A DNA stretch of 64,000 nt from Octopus sinensis (GCF_006345805.1 NC_043025.1:8804001-8868000); one strand, 5' to 3'. Positions 37,077-51,466 are shown, counted from the first letter of the stretch. Notes: generated by a model from the letters alone, not told the origin. Program-made: numbers and translations.

Positions 37077-37559
37077 TATAAGTAATCAAATCTCCAACCA
37101 AAATATAGAGCTAGAACATTTCTCACAATATTTGCTCATTTTGTACGCTGCATCTTCACTTTGGATATAATATCACCATTAGATGTATAATTCTTACATA
37201 ACTCTATTAAGTGATCACAGCTATTAAATTATGAACGGCAACAAATAAACATTGCTAAATTTGCTTCAAGCATAGAAGTCTTATCATTTTTGGTTTTAAT
37301 AAAATCGGTAAGAGGAATCATTTGCTGTGGAGTTGTTTCTTTGCTTCACAGGGTTTACTAAAAGAGATTATTTTGCCAACATATTACATCTACAATATCT
37401 GCAATGTGCTTTAGATTGGTCACTCGGTACTTCACACAACCACTTAGTAAACGTTGGTTGGTATCTTAAGCCATTCCTTCCGGCATTTTTGCTGGCACAA
37501 TTTAGTTTTTTCTTTGCTCATTATAATGTAGTGGGAAGCAAGAAAATAAATTGAATGAC

Positions 37560-37695
37560 GCAGGAGTGGCTGTGTGGTAAATAGCTTGTTTACCAACCAC
37601 ACGGTTCCGGGTTCAGTCCCACTGCGTGGCACCTTGGGCCGACCAAAGCCTTGTGAGTGGATTTGGTAGACAGAAACTGAAAGAAGTCCGTCGTA

Positions 37696-37743
<48 letters not shown>

Positions 37744-37977
37744 CGTGTATGTATGTTTGTGTGTCTGTGTTTGTCCCCCTAGCATTGCTTGACAACCGAT
37801 GCTGGTGTGTTTATGTCCCCGTCACTTAGCGGTTCGGCAAAAGAGACCGATAGAATAAGTACTGGGCTTACAAAAGAATAAGTCCCGGGGTCGATTTGCT
37901 CGATTAAAGGCGGTGCTCCAGCATGGCCGCAGTCATATGACTGAAACAAGTAAAAGAGTAAAAGAGTAAAAGAGTAA
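37560..37977 (+). mobile_element. tRNA-derived SINE family B, near full length with internal (TA)n
   Basis: Head gtggtaaatagcttg...ggttcagtccc, tail ...gactgaaacaagtaaaagagt. At least 15 further partial copies, e.g. 21420, 34500, 39830, 40318, 42220, 45355, 53135, 56140, 56370, 58430, 59218. Confidence 0.85.
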
Positions 37978-38344
37978 TTGAAAACGCAAATTGTCAGTTT
38001 GTTGCTAACAATTCTTTCATTTGATGTTAACAGTTCTTATGTCTGCTGCTTATAAATTCTTGAGGTGAAGAATACTGATTCAGGATGCAGGGGTGGCCAA
38101 CTTATAAAAGGAAAAGTAAAATCCGCAGAAATCCTAAAATTGTGTTCTGATATAAACCTCGGAACATCATATTTTGCTTCCAATCTTACATTTAATATCA
38201 GTTGGTAAAAACCACAAATATAACTACAATACTTGAAGAAAAAGTAAGTAGAAATATAAAGGGGGAGACCCTGCCACCCCCGTATTTCTACACAAGATAT
38301 ATAATCCAAAACAAGCATGAAAAAACACAGGCCTATTTTAGCAA

Positions 38345-38751
38345 CATATGGATGCGAAACCTGGACACTAAAGAAAGCTGACCAGTAAGAGAATTAATGT
38401 ATTCGAGCTTTGGTGTTGGAGAAGACTTTTACGGATTCGATGGACAGCGAAGTTCACCAATGGAGAAGTTCTTAAGCAGATCAGACCGAAAATGTCGCGA
38501 GAAGCTAGGATCACCAAGCATAGATTGGCATATTTCGGTCATATTATGCGGAGAAAATCCCTGGAGAAGGACATCATGCTCGGAATGGTCAGTGGCAAGA
38601 GAGGAAGAGGCCGACCAAGAACCCGCTGGCTTGACACCATCAAGAGTGATACCGGAATGAACATGGCCTGTCTGAAAGAAGCGGCCCAGGATAGAACTGA
38701 CTGGAGGACGCTGATCCAATGAGTGACCGAGAGTTGACTTCGACTGAGTGG

Positions 38752-38786
<35 letters not shown>

Positions 38787-39012
38787 GTGTGTGTGTGTGT
38801 GTGTTGTATATGTGTGTATATATATATGGACACTAAAGAAAGCTACCAGAAGAGAATTAATGCATCCGAGCTTTGGTGTTGGAGAAGACTTTTACGGATT
38901 CCATCAAGAGTGATACCGGAATGGACATAGCCAATCTGAAAGAAGCGGCCCAGGATAGAACTGACTGGAGGACACTGATCCAACGAGTGACCGAGAGTCG
39001 ACTTCGACTGAG
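38345..39012 (+). mobile_element. RTE/BovB-like LINE 3' end plus an internally deleted tandem second copy (38825-39012)
   Basis: YGCETWTLKK, ELWCWRRLLRI and LAYFGHIMRR...GKRGRGRPRTRWLDTI motifs. Confidence 0.85.
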
Positions 39013-39764
39013 CGGATAGATAGATAGATTTTAAAAGAGTCAGGCTGAAAATAAATCGGTCAACCTGTCATGACAATTGACTAATCCCTTTGTCTGTCCT
39101 TGTTTTTCCCCTCCATGTTTAGCCCCACCCCACCCCTGTGGACAATATAGAAATAAATTGGAATCTCTTTGATCAAAATTGAACTGTGGACAATAAAGAA
39201 ATAAACTGGAATCTCTTTGATCAAAATTGAAATGAGGTGGGAGGGGTGGGGGTTGAATAAAATTAACAACAGCAATGATGCAATGGCAACTGCAACAACA
39301 ACAAAAACAACAACAGCAATAGCAACAACAGCAACACCAATGTGAAAAAAATAGAGCCAAATGGAATAAATATATAAATAAATGAAAAATAATAAATATG
39401 AGAAAAATGGTGTGAGAAAAGAAATGTATGTGCATGTGTGTGTGTGTGGGGGGGGCGGTGTTCTCTTCTGTGAAGACAAAAGATTGTCAGTTTATTTTGG
39501 GGATGTGCAAAAGCTTTAGCTCTAGATCAAAGCTAGCAACTTCCACGACAAGTTTTATGAGCATAATGGAATGGGAAGGATGTAAGTAACAATAAATGTT
39601 TGAGACACTTTCTTGATGCCTCTAAAAAAGAAAAGAAATCCTGAGGTGGTGGTAGTGGTGGCACTGGTGATTTTGTTATGGTTTCTTTTTCTCTAAATAG
39701 CACTGCTGAAATTGGTATGAATCTAATATGCCCAGGAATTTTTTATGCCATCAAACATGGTATA

Positions 39765-39805
<41 letters not shown>

Positions 39806-39957
39806 GTGTGTGTGTGTGTAGAATGAAACTTGATTCCCAACCACATGGTTCTTTGTTCAGTCCCACTGTGTGACACCTTGGGCAAGTGTCTTCTACTGTA
39901 GCCTTGGGCCGACCAAAGTATTGTGAGTCAGTTTTGTAGACAGAAACTGAAGCCCAT

Positions 39958-40049
<92 letters not shown>

Positions 40050-40689
40050 TACAAAATTAGAGAATGGAAAAACATACTTAAATCATTGATTTAAGTATGT
40101 TTCTCCATTCTCTAATTTTGTAGTATTAATTTATGGTATATTATTACCTTTACCCATATAATACAATAGATGAACTGATTGTTTGGCAATTTTTAACATC
40201 TATGTATTAGTCTTGTTGGGTACCTATCTAGCAGTATATTGGATATATATTATCCCATGGTGGGTTGAATTTTCAACCCCTATCTCATTTTATAACCTAT
40301 ATATATATATATATATGCAGGTGCAGGAGTGGGTGTGTGGTAAGAAGCTTGCTTTCCAACCACGTGGTTCTGAGTTCAGTCCCACTGCATGGCACCTTGG
40401 ACAAGTGTCTTCTATTATAACCTTGAACCGACCAAGGCTTCTGAGTAGAATTGATAGACGGAAACTGAAAGAAGCCTGTTGTATATGTATCTATATATAT
40501 CTATGTGTGTGAGTCTGTGTTTGTCCACCACCCCCATCATCACTTGACAACCAGTGTTGGTATGTTTATGTTCTTGTAACTTAGTAGTTCTGCAAAAGAG
40601 ATGATACAATAAGTACCTGGTTCCAATCTAATTTCGCAAGGTTTCTATGGCTGGATACCCTTTGTAACACCAACCACTCTGAGAGTATA

Positions 40690-40899
40690 GTGGGTGTTTT
40701 TTTTTTAAGTGCAGCTGACACCAGCCATGACTATGGTCTCACCTAGCGTTAGGAAGGGCATCCAGCTGTAGAAACTCTTGCCAGATCAAGATTGAAGCCT
40801 GGTGCAGCCATCTGGTTCACCGGCCCTCAGTCAAATTGTCCAACCCATGCTAGCATGGAAAGCAGACGTTAAACGAGGATGATGATATATATATATATA

Positions 40900-40936
<37 letters not shown>

Positions 40937-41112
40937 CTTACGTATGTGGCACGTAAAAAGCACCCACTACACTCTCGGAATGTTTGGCGTTAGGAAGGGC
41001 ACCCAGCAGTAGAAACTCTGCCAGATCAAGATTGAAGCCTGGTGCAGCCATCTGGTTCAGTCGAATTGTCCAACCCATGCTAGCATGGAAAGCAGACGTT
41101 AAACGAGGATGA

Positions 41113-41153
<41 letters not shown>

Positions 41154-41366
41154 CTTACGTATGTGCACGTAAAAAGCCCCACTACACTCTCGGAATGTTT
41201 GGCGTTAGGAAGGGCACCCACTACACTCTCGGAATGTTTGGCGTTAGGAAGGGCACCCAGCAGTAGAAACTCTGCCAGATCAAGATTGAAGCCTGGTGCA
41301 GCCATCTGGTTCAGTCGAATTGTCCAACCCATGCTAGCATGGAAAGCAGACGTTAAACGAGGATGA

Positions 41367-41401
<35 letters not shown>

Positions 41402-41630
41402 CTTACGTATGTGGCACGTAAAAAGCACCCACTACACTCTCGGAATGTTTGGCGTTAGGAAGGGCACCCACTACACTCTCGGAATGTTTGGCGTTAGGAA
41501 GGGCACCCAGCAGTAGAAACTCTGCCAGATCAAGATTGAAGCCTGGTGCAGCCATCTGGTTCAGTCGAATTGTCCAACCCATGCTAGCATGGAAAGCGGA
41601 CGTTAAACGAAGATGATGATGATGATGATG
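40690..41630 (+). repeat. Four tandem copies of the RTE 3'-end repeat separated by (GAT)(TA)n
   Basis: Units end in gacgttaaacg..gatgat at about 40886, 41114, 41370 and 41630; the last two share an extra internal 35-bp duplication. Confidence 0.85.
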
Positions 41631-42619
41631 AATGGTGACAAACTATAACCTCAGACCCTGTTAGAAGAATACACACAGCTCTCTACTAATCTAAGCAATA
41701 TTGTTAACCTGGTGTATTTGAATTAACAGAAAGCTTATAAAATATTTTGAATGGATAGATAACACCTCATTAATAACGATTTCTGTATACACATATATGT
41801 TTGAGCATTTATTTTATTGCTTAGCATTGCTTATAATAGAACTGCATGGGTAGATAAAATTGGCAGTTTCAATTTATTTTCGCAAATTTAATAAGTATGA
41901 ATGTCTATAGTTTAATTACTGTAAAATAAATAGAATGAATGCAGTAGATTTAATTATGAGAAATATAGCTAATTAGTGTATAGATAAATTATATTGAGGA
42001 TTAATGTACAGGCACGGAAGAAAGTCCACCGCGAAAAAGAAAGCGAACAATTGGCAGAGAGACTAAGAAAAAGGAAAGAAAAGATTTATATACAATTGCA
42101 ACTATATTAAACAGAGGAGGAAAAATAGAATGCAATAATTTAATAGAATAACGGTATGTGGCTAGCTTGGGCATAGGCAAGGATATCTGTAAATTAGGAT
42201 AATATATACTTTTACTTCTTTATTCTTTTACTTGTTTCAGTCATTTCACTGTGGCCATGCTGGGGCACTGCCTTGAATGGTTTTAGTCAAAGAAATCGAC
42301 CCCAGAACTTATTCTTTTTGGAAGCCTAATACTTATTTTATTGCTCTCTTTTGTCGAACTGCTAAGTTACAGGGGTATAAGCACACAAACATTGGTTGTC
42401 AAGCGATGGTGGAGGGACAAATACAGATGCACACACACACACAAATATATATATATATATATATAATCATATATATATATATAGATAAGAGCCCCGAGCC
42501 GACCGGAGCTTTGTGTTTGGATTCAGTAGGTGGAAGTTACTGCCATGTGTGTATGTGTGCGTATAGCTGCTCAGTGCCTCTCCGAAGGAGAGAGAGGGAT
42601 ATATATATATATATATTGT

Positions 42620-42980
42620 ATTATATAAAATCCGTTCTGTCTGTGTGTGTGTCTTTCAGGATTTCAGGCATCCTCCATCCGATTGCACTCAAATTCGACA
42701 TGTAGATACCAACGGTATCAAGGCATGATAAGTCTTGAAAAAATTACAAAAATCGATTCCAGGTGAGAATGTGATCGATAAAATGAATAAAATCGTTTTC
42801 CTTAGGAATAGGAAAAAAGTCTATCTTTACTTCTTCTTTTGCTGGTGTCTCAAATTTAGGTTAAATCAGTGTTTCTCAAAGGGGAGGCCTATGGGACGGT
42901 CGGACAAGTTGTTTTGAGAAAATTTGGTTTAAATGTTTGTCAACTCAGCGCTGTCCATTGTATGGGGGGCGTTTTACTCG
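42620..42980 (+). mobile_element. Probable Helitron-like element abutting the next Helitron
   Basis: 5' tatataaaatccgttctgtctg start; 3' imperfect hairpin plus CTCG|T (CTAG-like). Confidence 0.4.
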
Positions 42981-42988
42981 TGTATATA

Positions 42989-43372
42989 TCTTTATATATA
43001 AAAGTGAGGTTGTGTGCTGTCTGTCTCCTACGATTTAGATTCCTACTACTCCCACATTTTGCGGTGCAGTTTAACCAAAACCGAGTATCTTATAGTCGTG
43101 ATTCATATTGAGCCCTTCTGGTATTAGGCGCAATCTACGATTTAAAAAAAAATTTACCATCAATTTTTCCCATTTTTAATGCATTTTTGGCATATAGAAG
43201 GGAAGTAACTCTCTAAAAATTTATTATTAAATCTCAGAACGTAAAAAGCTACAGTAACACTCCCCCCTTTGTGGTTAGCCATATTGAGATGGCTATTATA
43301 CTTTACATCTCTAAAAATGCTTATATAGTTATTTCCCTTACAAACCCGAGCAACGCCGGGCGATACTGCTAG
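42989..43372 (+). mobile_element. Non-autonomous Helitron
   Basis: A|TC 5' end, hairpin cccgagcaacgccggg (43345-43360), CTAG|T 3' end, no TSD. Confidence 0.85.
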
Positions 43373-44011
43373 TTATATATCTATTTCCTGTAAATAATAA
43401 TAATAGTATTTTTATATAAGCTTAAAGCTTATGGTGATCACAGTTCAATGACTCAGAAAAATAATCTAATAAAGGAGCATATAAGCCCTCGACAGAAAAA
43501 AGAAAGCTTTTAGGGCTTATATGCCCCTTTATTAGACTATTTTCCTTAGTCATTGCACGGTGATACCCCTGAGCTTTAAGCTTATATAATAATACCATTA
43601 TTACTATTTACATGATTGTAAAAATTGTGCTGTATAAAAAACCATTTGCACCAATATATATATATGTATATATATATATGTATATAAATTAGAGAAAAAC
43701 CACCTTTTATCAATTCAACAATGAATGAACAATGATATAATTAAATTATACCATATAGGAAAAAATTAGATATACGATAAAATATATACCAATAATTAAG
43801 TAAAGTATAAAATAATATGTTTTATCATATATTCAATTTTTTTCTATATGGTATGATTTAATTATATCATTGTTGAATTGCTACATGGTGGTCCTTCTCT
43901 AATTTATATACATGTATTATATTTTGTGAAATTTGATTTAGTATTACTAAATTGTATTTTCCTTGTAAGTTTGAAATAATATTCCCTATTAATATTATTA
44001 TTATTATTATT

Positions 44012-44850
44012 ATTCAGTAGTTTTATTTTTATAGCGTGCTTTCACTTCACTACTGAGCGCAGCTCTGTATGCCTTGGGTATGTGCTGTGATTTGTTGTGA
44101 TGCTCTGATGGTTATTGTATGGAAAGTGTTCTGCGTTAGGATGTGTGCAGTGCTTGTAGTGCAATTTTCTGTATGTATATGTGTTTGTAAGTCCTGGTGT
44201 TTTTGTTATGGTATTTGTCTGAATATTTTTTTATCATGCCTAATGCACCTACTATGATAGGAATTGTTTCTGTTTTCAGATTCCACATTCTAGTTACCTC
44301 TATTTCCAGGTCTTTGTATTTTGAGAGTTTCTCCATTTCTTTTAGAGACACGTGCCATCTGCCGGTATTGATACATCAATTAGAAAGCATTTTTTTTCTT
44401 CGTGATCTCTGACAACTATATCTGGTCTGTTGGCCTTAATTTCTCTATCTGTGTGTATCGGCATATCCCAGAGTATGGTTGCTTTCTCGTTTTCTGTGAC
44501 CTTTTCTGGTGTGTGCCTATACCATCTTTTTTCTGTTGTTATTCCATAATGTTGGCATAGCTTCCAATGTATGTAGGTTCCAACTCTGTCATGTCTGTGA
44601 ATATATTCCTTCTTAGCCAGGACTGGGCAGCTAGAGATAATATGATTTATTGTTTCTTGTCCATCTCCACATATTCTGCAGTTACTTGTAATATTTCTTT
44701 TCATTACATGTTTTTGGTAATTTTTGGTGGGGAGGCTTTGGTCTTGTGCTGCAATTAAAAATCCCTCTGTTTCTGCTTTGAGTCCTGAGCTTCTCAACCA
44801 TTGCTGGGATTTTTCTTTGTCTATTTCTTTTGCGTTTAGTTTAGTGCAGT
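44012..44850 (-). mobile_element. R4/Dong-like RLE LINE 3' end abutting (TAA)n
   Basis: [51 protein letters not shown] and EKLSKYKDL...IIVGALG, with one frameshift near 44350. Confidence 0.9.
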
Positions 44851-44875
44851 ATTTTGCTAATACTGTATATATATA

Positions 44876-44939
<64 letters not shown>

Positions 44940-45520
44940 GTATATATATATGTATATATATTGTATGTATGTATGTATGTATGTATGTATGTATGTATGT
45001 ATGTATGTATGTGTGTATGTATATATATATATATATACATATACATAGTAAATAAAAAAAAACGAAAAGCAAACACCAAAAACAATGCGAGGACGTGGTA
45101 CATGTAAAGTATTAGCAGACGCTCAGGGAAGGAAAGAATCATGGGGTCGATTCATTCAAATAAAAATTCTTCAAGGCACTACCCCAGCTTGGCCACAGCC
45201 TAATGACTGAAACATGTAAAAGATAGAGATAGAAAGAGAAATGGAGAGAGAGTGACAAACAGACAGAGTGCAAGAATGGTTTATTCTCATTCCCCAGCAA
45301 TTAAGCTAACATAAATTCATATATTTTTGATTAGATACTAATTTTAAAACTTAGGCATGGCTGTGTGGTAAGAAGCTTGCTTCCCAACCACATGGTTCTG
45401 TGTTCAGTCCCACTGCATGGCTCCTTGGGTGAGTCCCTTTAACTATAGCCTCAGGCTGACCAAAGCCTTGCGAGTAGATTTAGTAGACAGAAACTGAAAG
45501 AAGCCTGTTATATGTATATG

Positions 45521-45573
<53 letters not shown>

Positions 45574-45835
45574 ATATAATATATATATATATATAATATA
45601 TATATATACACACAACATATACATATACAAAAGACGAGGTTATTCCATAGGCATATTTATTGTTGAAAATGCACCTAATTTGAAAAACTTATAATTGTTT
45701 AAAATAAATTTATTTACAGACATACCAAACTAGTTTCAAAAAATATTTTTTGAAACTAATTTTGGTATGTCTGTAAATAAATTAATTTTAAACAAATATA
45801 AGTTTTCCTATATATTTTATATATATTATATATAA

Positions 45836-46468
45836 CTAGCAGTATCGCCCGGCGTTGCTCGGTTTGTAAGGGAAATAACTATATAAGCACTTTTAGAGAG
45901 TTATAGCCAAAAAATAGCAAAAAATGCATTAAAATGGAAAAAATATGATGGTAAATTTTTTTTAAATCGTTGACTCATCGTAGACATTTTAGAGAGTTAC
46001 TTCCCTTATATAATAGCGAAAAAATGCATTAAAATGGAAAAAAAAACGATGGTAAATTTTTTTTTAAATCGTAGACTCATGTAGACGCTTTCTTAGCCAT
46101 TTCTGTTTTGGTGTCTTCAAGCCATGAAGTCGTTGTTCTAAAAGAACACTGGTCTCCTTGACAACGCATTACGACGTTGATTTCCTTACACTCCCTTCCC
46201 CACAGGTGCAGGTGTGAGCGTGGACGCCAACTCCGCCGCCATCGACACACGAAAAATTATGCATTAAAAATGGAATAAAAAATGATGTTAAATTATTTTT
46301 AAATCGTAGACTCATCGTAGACGCACGCTAATATTCAGACGGGCTCGATATGAATCACGACTATAAGCTACCCGAATTTGGTTAAACTGTACCGCAAAAT
46401 GTGGGAGTAGTTAGGAATCAAATCGAAGGGGACAGACACTCACACAACTACAGTTTTATATATATAGA
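45836..46468 (-). mobile_element. Non-autonomous Helitron with an internal tandem duplication
   Basis: Same termini as 42989-43372; the internal aaaaatgcattaaaatgg...gactcatcgtagac block occurs twice. Confidence 0.8.
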
Positions 46469-46499
46469 TATACATAGCGCAGTAGTGGTGAGATATGAC

Positions 46500-46905
46500 A
46501 GCAAAGAAAAGCATACATTCACTCTCTGCATGCAATTAGACTCGGAAAGTTCGTGAGGAACCCATTGACCCAATTTTCTGACTTTTCCGATAGCACACAG
46601 GTGTCAATGAATGGTTGAATGACCAAATCCAAGCTTCTCTGCTAGTTCCTCAACAGTTACGATGATATTTTGTTCCACCAGGGTTTTCAGGATGTCCTTG
46701 TCGAGTTCTACAGATCTTTCAGGATGAGGCTCGTCTTCTAGGCTGTAGTTTATGGCTCGAGATTTCTGGAACCACCATTGACACTGCCTTACGCTTATTG
46801 TCCAATCCCCATATACTGCATTAATATTTCTTGTACTTTGCACACATTTATATTCTGTTATTCTTTTATATGTTTCAGCCTTGAGGTTGTGGCCATGCTG
46901 GATCA
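46500..46905 (-). mobile_element. mariner transposase N-terminal relic
   Basis: HTH region (...SLEDEP...ELAEKLGFGHSTIH) followed by KLGQWVPHELSE (WVPHEL motif). Confidence 0.85.
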
Positions 46906-47138
46906 TGTGCGTGTGTGTGTCTGTGTGTGTGTGTGTCTATCTGTCTGTCTGTCTGTATGTATATATGTATATGTATGTGTGTGAACAATAATATTTTCAA
47001 CAGATGTGTTGCAAATGTACCTGATTGTTCTCAAGCTTCAATACTGTGTGTATGTGTGTGTGTGTATGTATGTATGTGTATGTATGTATATGTATGTATG
47101 TGTGTATGTATGTGTGTGTGTATGTATGTGTGTGTGTA

Positions 47139-47169
<31 letters not shown>

Positions 47170-48348
47170 ATGTATGTATGAGTGTATGTTTACTTTATTA
47201 CTAATTACTCTCTTCCAAGAACATTTTCACTCACTCTTAGCTCTTAGCTTCCCATACATTTTACGCATGTATCTATCAGCGTCATAGACAGAATACTTTC
47301 ACTTTAGTCTTCCTCAAATCACTCTGTCCGCTATTTACTTTCATTTTATTCGTTGCCCACTGTGTGTGTGCGTTTGCGTGTGTGTAAACCAGACTAGAAA
47401 AAGCATTTGACACACACACCAAAGATGTGAGTTTTCTGTAAATGGAGTTTAAATTTTAAAAACTGGAGTTTAAATTTTAATTGGAGTTTAAATTTTAAAA
47501 ACTGGACCTGGCATGACGCGATGCATTGTACTCTTAAAAATGCTAGGTAAATTGTAATTGAAGAAATCCTATATTGTAGATTTGTATAACTCCCAAAGGG
47601 AGGCAGATAAAATCTGCCTTTTATAATAAGAGATAATAATAATAATTAGGCCAGCAGTGTTCGTGTATGTGTGTGTGTGTATGTGTGTGTGTATGTGTGT
47701 GTATTGTATGTGTGTGTGTTGTATGTGTGTGTGTTGTATGTGTGTGTGTGTGTATGTGTGTGTGTGTTGTATGTGTGTGTGTGTGTGTTGTATGTGTGTG
47801 TGTGTGTGTGTGTGTCTGTGTCTCTGTGTGTGCGTGCACACACACACACACACTCACAGAAATTATATTACTGATCTTTCAAACCATTTGTATTCTTGTT
47901 TCTATAATTTTATGCAATTATAAAATCTTGTCGTCAACTGAAGTTAATCGAATCAAAAAGACATCGATTAACGTGATGAAACATTTCATAATTGCCTCAA
48001 ATTATTGAAAAAAAGAAACCATTCATATAAATCTTGGAAATATGAAATAATTTGCTTTGTATTAGTTGATGATGATGATTTGATCAAATTTATCTATGTA
48101 CCTTCGATTTTAGCCTACATGCAAATACCACCAAATATAGGTCAAGCAGACAATATCCAAGAATAAGAGTTTAATGGGGCATAAATATGGGGCCCCTAAT
48201 TCTATTAGTAATGCGTGATGCACTTAAAGTACATTATACATTCTTTGTCATCATCATCATCATCATCATCATTTCATGTCTAGCATGAATTGGACTCTTT
48301 GACAGGATCTGATGAGCCAGAGAATTGAACTGAGATATATGGTTTTTT

Positions 48349-49315
48349 TATTTCTTTACTATCCACAAGAGGCTAAACACAGAGGGGACAAACAAGGACA
48401 GACAAACAGATTAAGTCGATTATATCAACCCCAGTGCATAACTGGTACTTATTTAATCAACCCCGAAAGGATGAAAGGCAAAGTCAACCTCGGCGGAATT
48501 TGAACTCAGAACGTAACGGCAGACGAAATGCCTATTTCTTTACTACCCCACAAGGGGCTAAACACAGAGGAGACAAACAAGGACAGATGGACGGATTAAG
48601 TCGATTACATCGACTCCAGTGCGTAACTGGTACTGAATTTATTGACCCCGAAAGGATGGAAGGCAAAGTCGACCTCGGCGGAATTTGAACTCAGAACGTA
48701 ATGGCAGACGGAATACTTATTTCTTTACTACCCCACAAGGGGCTAAACACAGAGGAGACAAACAAGGACAGATGGACGGATTAAGTCGATTACATCGACC
48801 CCAATGCGTAACTGGTACTTATTTATTGACCCCGAAAGGATGAAAGGCAAAGTCACCCCGCGAATTGAACTCAGAACTCGGCAAACTCAGACGAAATGCC
48901 TATTTCTTTACTATCCACAAGGGGCTAAACACAGAAGGGACAAACACGGACAGACGGACGGATTAAGTCAATTACATCGACCCCAGTGCGTAACTGGTAC
49001 TTATTTAATTGACCCCGAAAGGATGAAAGGCAAAGTCGACCTCGGTGGAATTTGAACTCAGAACGTAACGGCAGATGAAATGCCTATTTCTTTACAACCC
49101 ACAAGGGGCTAAACACAGAAGGGACAAACATGGACAGACGGATGGATTAAGTCGATTACATCGACCCCAGTGCATAACTGGTACTTATTTAATCGACCCC
49201 GAAAGGATGAAAGGCAAAGTCGACCTCGGCGGAATTTGAACTCAGAACGTAGCGGCAGACGAAATACTGCTAAGCATTTCGCCCAGCGTTCTAACGATTC
49301 TGCCAGCTCGCCGCC
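48349..49315 (-). mobile_element. SINE family A with one head and five tandem 184-bp bodies
   Basis: Unit boundaries (tatttctttac) at 48349, 48533, 48718, 48901 and 49085; head at 49266-49315. Confidence 0.9.
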
Positions 49316-49896
49316 CTGCATTGAAACTGAACCCCGTAGTCACCAAGAAAACTTGTAAGCCACCCAGCTGTTCCTGCAACTAATTCCCAATGCCTGCACC
49401 GAAGAGAACAATCACATTCCCAACATTAATAAGTGAATTAAAAAAACCTGTTTAATGAATTTGATTTTAGTTGCATGTGTATCTAATTTAATCTGTGACA
49501 TATAAATGAGGTTAAATTAATTATGTATGGGTTAACGAATTCATGCACATAAGCATGGGAGTGCTGCGTACCATGGTCGAAGCAATAAACATATTTTCGG
49601 ACAGAATGGTTGGCTGTGTGGTTAAGAAGCTTGTTTTGCTATCATAGGGTTTCGGGTTCAATCCTACTGCATGGCAACTTGCACAACTGTCTTCTACTAT
49701 TGCTTTGTGCTGACCAATGCTCTGTGAGTGGATTTGGTAGACAAAACTGTGTGGAAGTCCGTTATATCTGTGTAGATGCATAAATATACATATATATATG
49801 TGTGTGTTTGTTTATATACACACACACACTCACACACATGCACACATATGCATATGTATATATATATATATATGTATCTGTCTATCTATCTATCTA

Positions 49897-50003
<107 letters not shown>

Positions 50004-50661
50004 AATTGAGATAGGGGTTGCAAATTCGTACTTTTGTATTGCATTACTCATTCATGTATGCTGTTTTGTTATATATTTTTATGTTTTAACCCTAATGTTC
50101 TATGTAGTGGTTTAATAAAGTATATGATTGGGTATTATCTGGTAGTTGATAAGTGATTAGATGTATTTCTCTTTCTTTCTTCTATTTCTTATTTTGTATA
50201 TATATATATATATATTTATAAAATACAAAATAGGACAAGAACGCAAAATATCCGGACAGTTAGGTGATACAAAAATGGGACAACAAAACATCCAGATAGA
50301 CAATACAAAGAAAACAAGGACGAGTCATTCGGAATTTTCTTTCTTCAGTCGAGTACCAGATTATCTTTGCAATTTCAACTGATTATACTCGAGATTGCTT
50401 CAATCTGGCCAGCCCCAAGGAAAAACTAAGCTAAGAGCATTAGATTCCTTGGAAGAAAGTAGTGAATGTATATGAAAACAAGGACGGAAAAAAAACTGAG
50501 AAAGTTACACAAATACCATAAAAATAATAATAACAAGACATAACAACAGGTGTCTTTCAACTAAGGATGAACTAAATTAAGCTGGCATGTGTGGAAATAA
50601 AGCCTTATGGCAGGGATACAAGATTTCACAGGCACAGGGAGGAATATCGATAAATATATAT

Positions 50662-50715
<54 letters not shown>

Positions 50716-50986
50716 ATACTAAGCAATAAGGGTTTAGCAACGAGTTGCCTTACCACATACCGAATTTAGAATAGCAGTCAAAGGTTATAGCTATTTCTTC
50801 TACTAGTAGAAGAAATAGCTATAACCCTTTGACTGCTATTTCTAAATTCGGTATGTGGTAAGGCAACTCGTTGCTAAACCCTTTTGCTTAGTATTACTTA
50901 AATTTTCCTCGAATGAGGCTTTTACATGCCGAAGACTACTTGGTGTAATTGATAATTTTCCAAATTAATTAATTTCACCCTTTCAT

Positions 50987-51031
<45 letters not shown>

Positions 51032-51404
51032 AGTTGGAATTTACAAAAACAAAAAAACAAAACAAAAGACAAAGACAGGTGTATAAAAAACAAACAGATG
51101 TATTAGTTTAATGCTCGGGAAGTGAGAAAGTCTTTTACATTTCAAGCCAATGCTCTTCAACAGAAAGGAACACATAAAAAAGGTTTAGTGGCTAGCAATC
51201 AATCATTAACATAGTTCTCAGGGAGATTCAGCCTCGCACAGAAAATGGGTAATACCCCCCTACAAAATGGGTAGGGGACAAAAGTTACCAGCAGGTGGCT
51301 ACCTGAAATTCAACTCTATATTTTAAAGGGTGTCTGCTACTATAGCCTTGGGCTGACCAAAGCCTCATGAGTGCATTTAGTAGATGGAAACTCAAAGAAG
51401 CCTG

Positions 51405-51466
<62 letters not shown>

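Noticed and set aside
38087-38281. hAT-like MITE (CAGGGGTGGC ends)
   Set aside because: TIR short and imperfect, and no 8-bp TSD found.
48349-49315. Regularly spaced repeats resembling a CRISPR array
   Set aside because: Whole 184-bp units are homologous with no unique spacers; eukaryotic SINE multimer.
49503-49610. About 110-bp sequence repeated at 56588-56697
   Set aside because: Probably a fragment of an unclassified dispersed repeat; no termini or coding signal to interpret.
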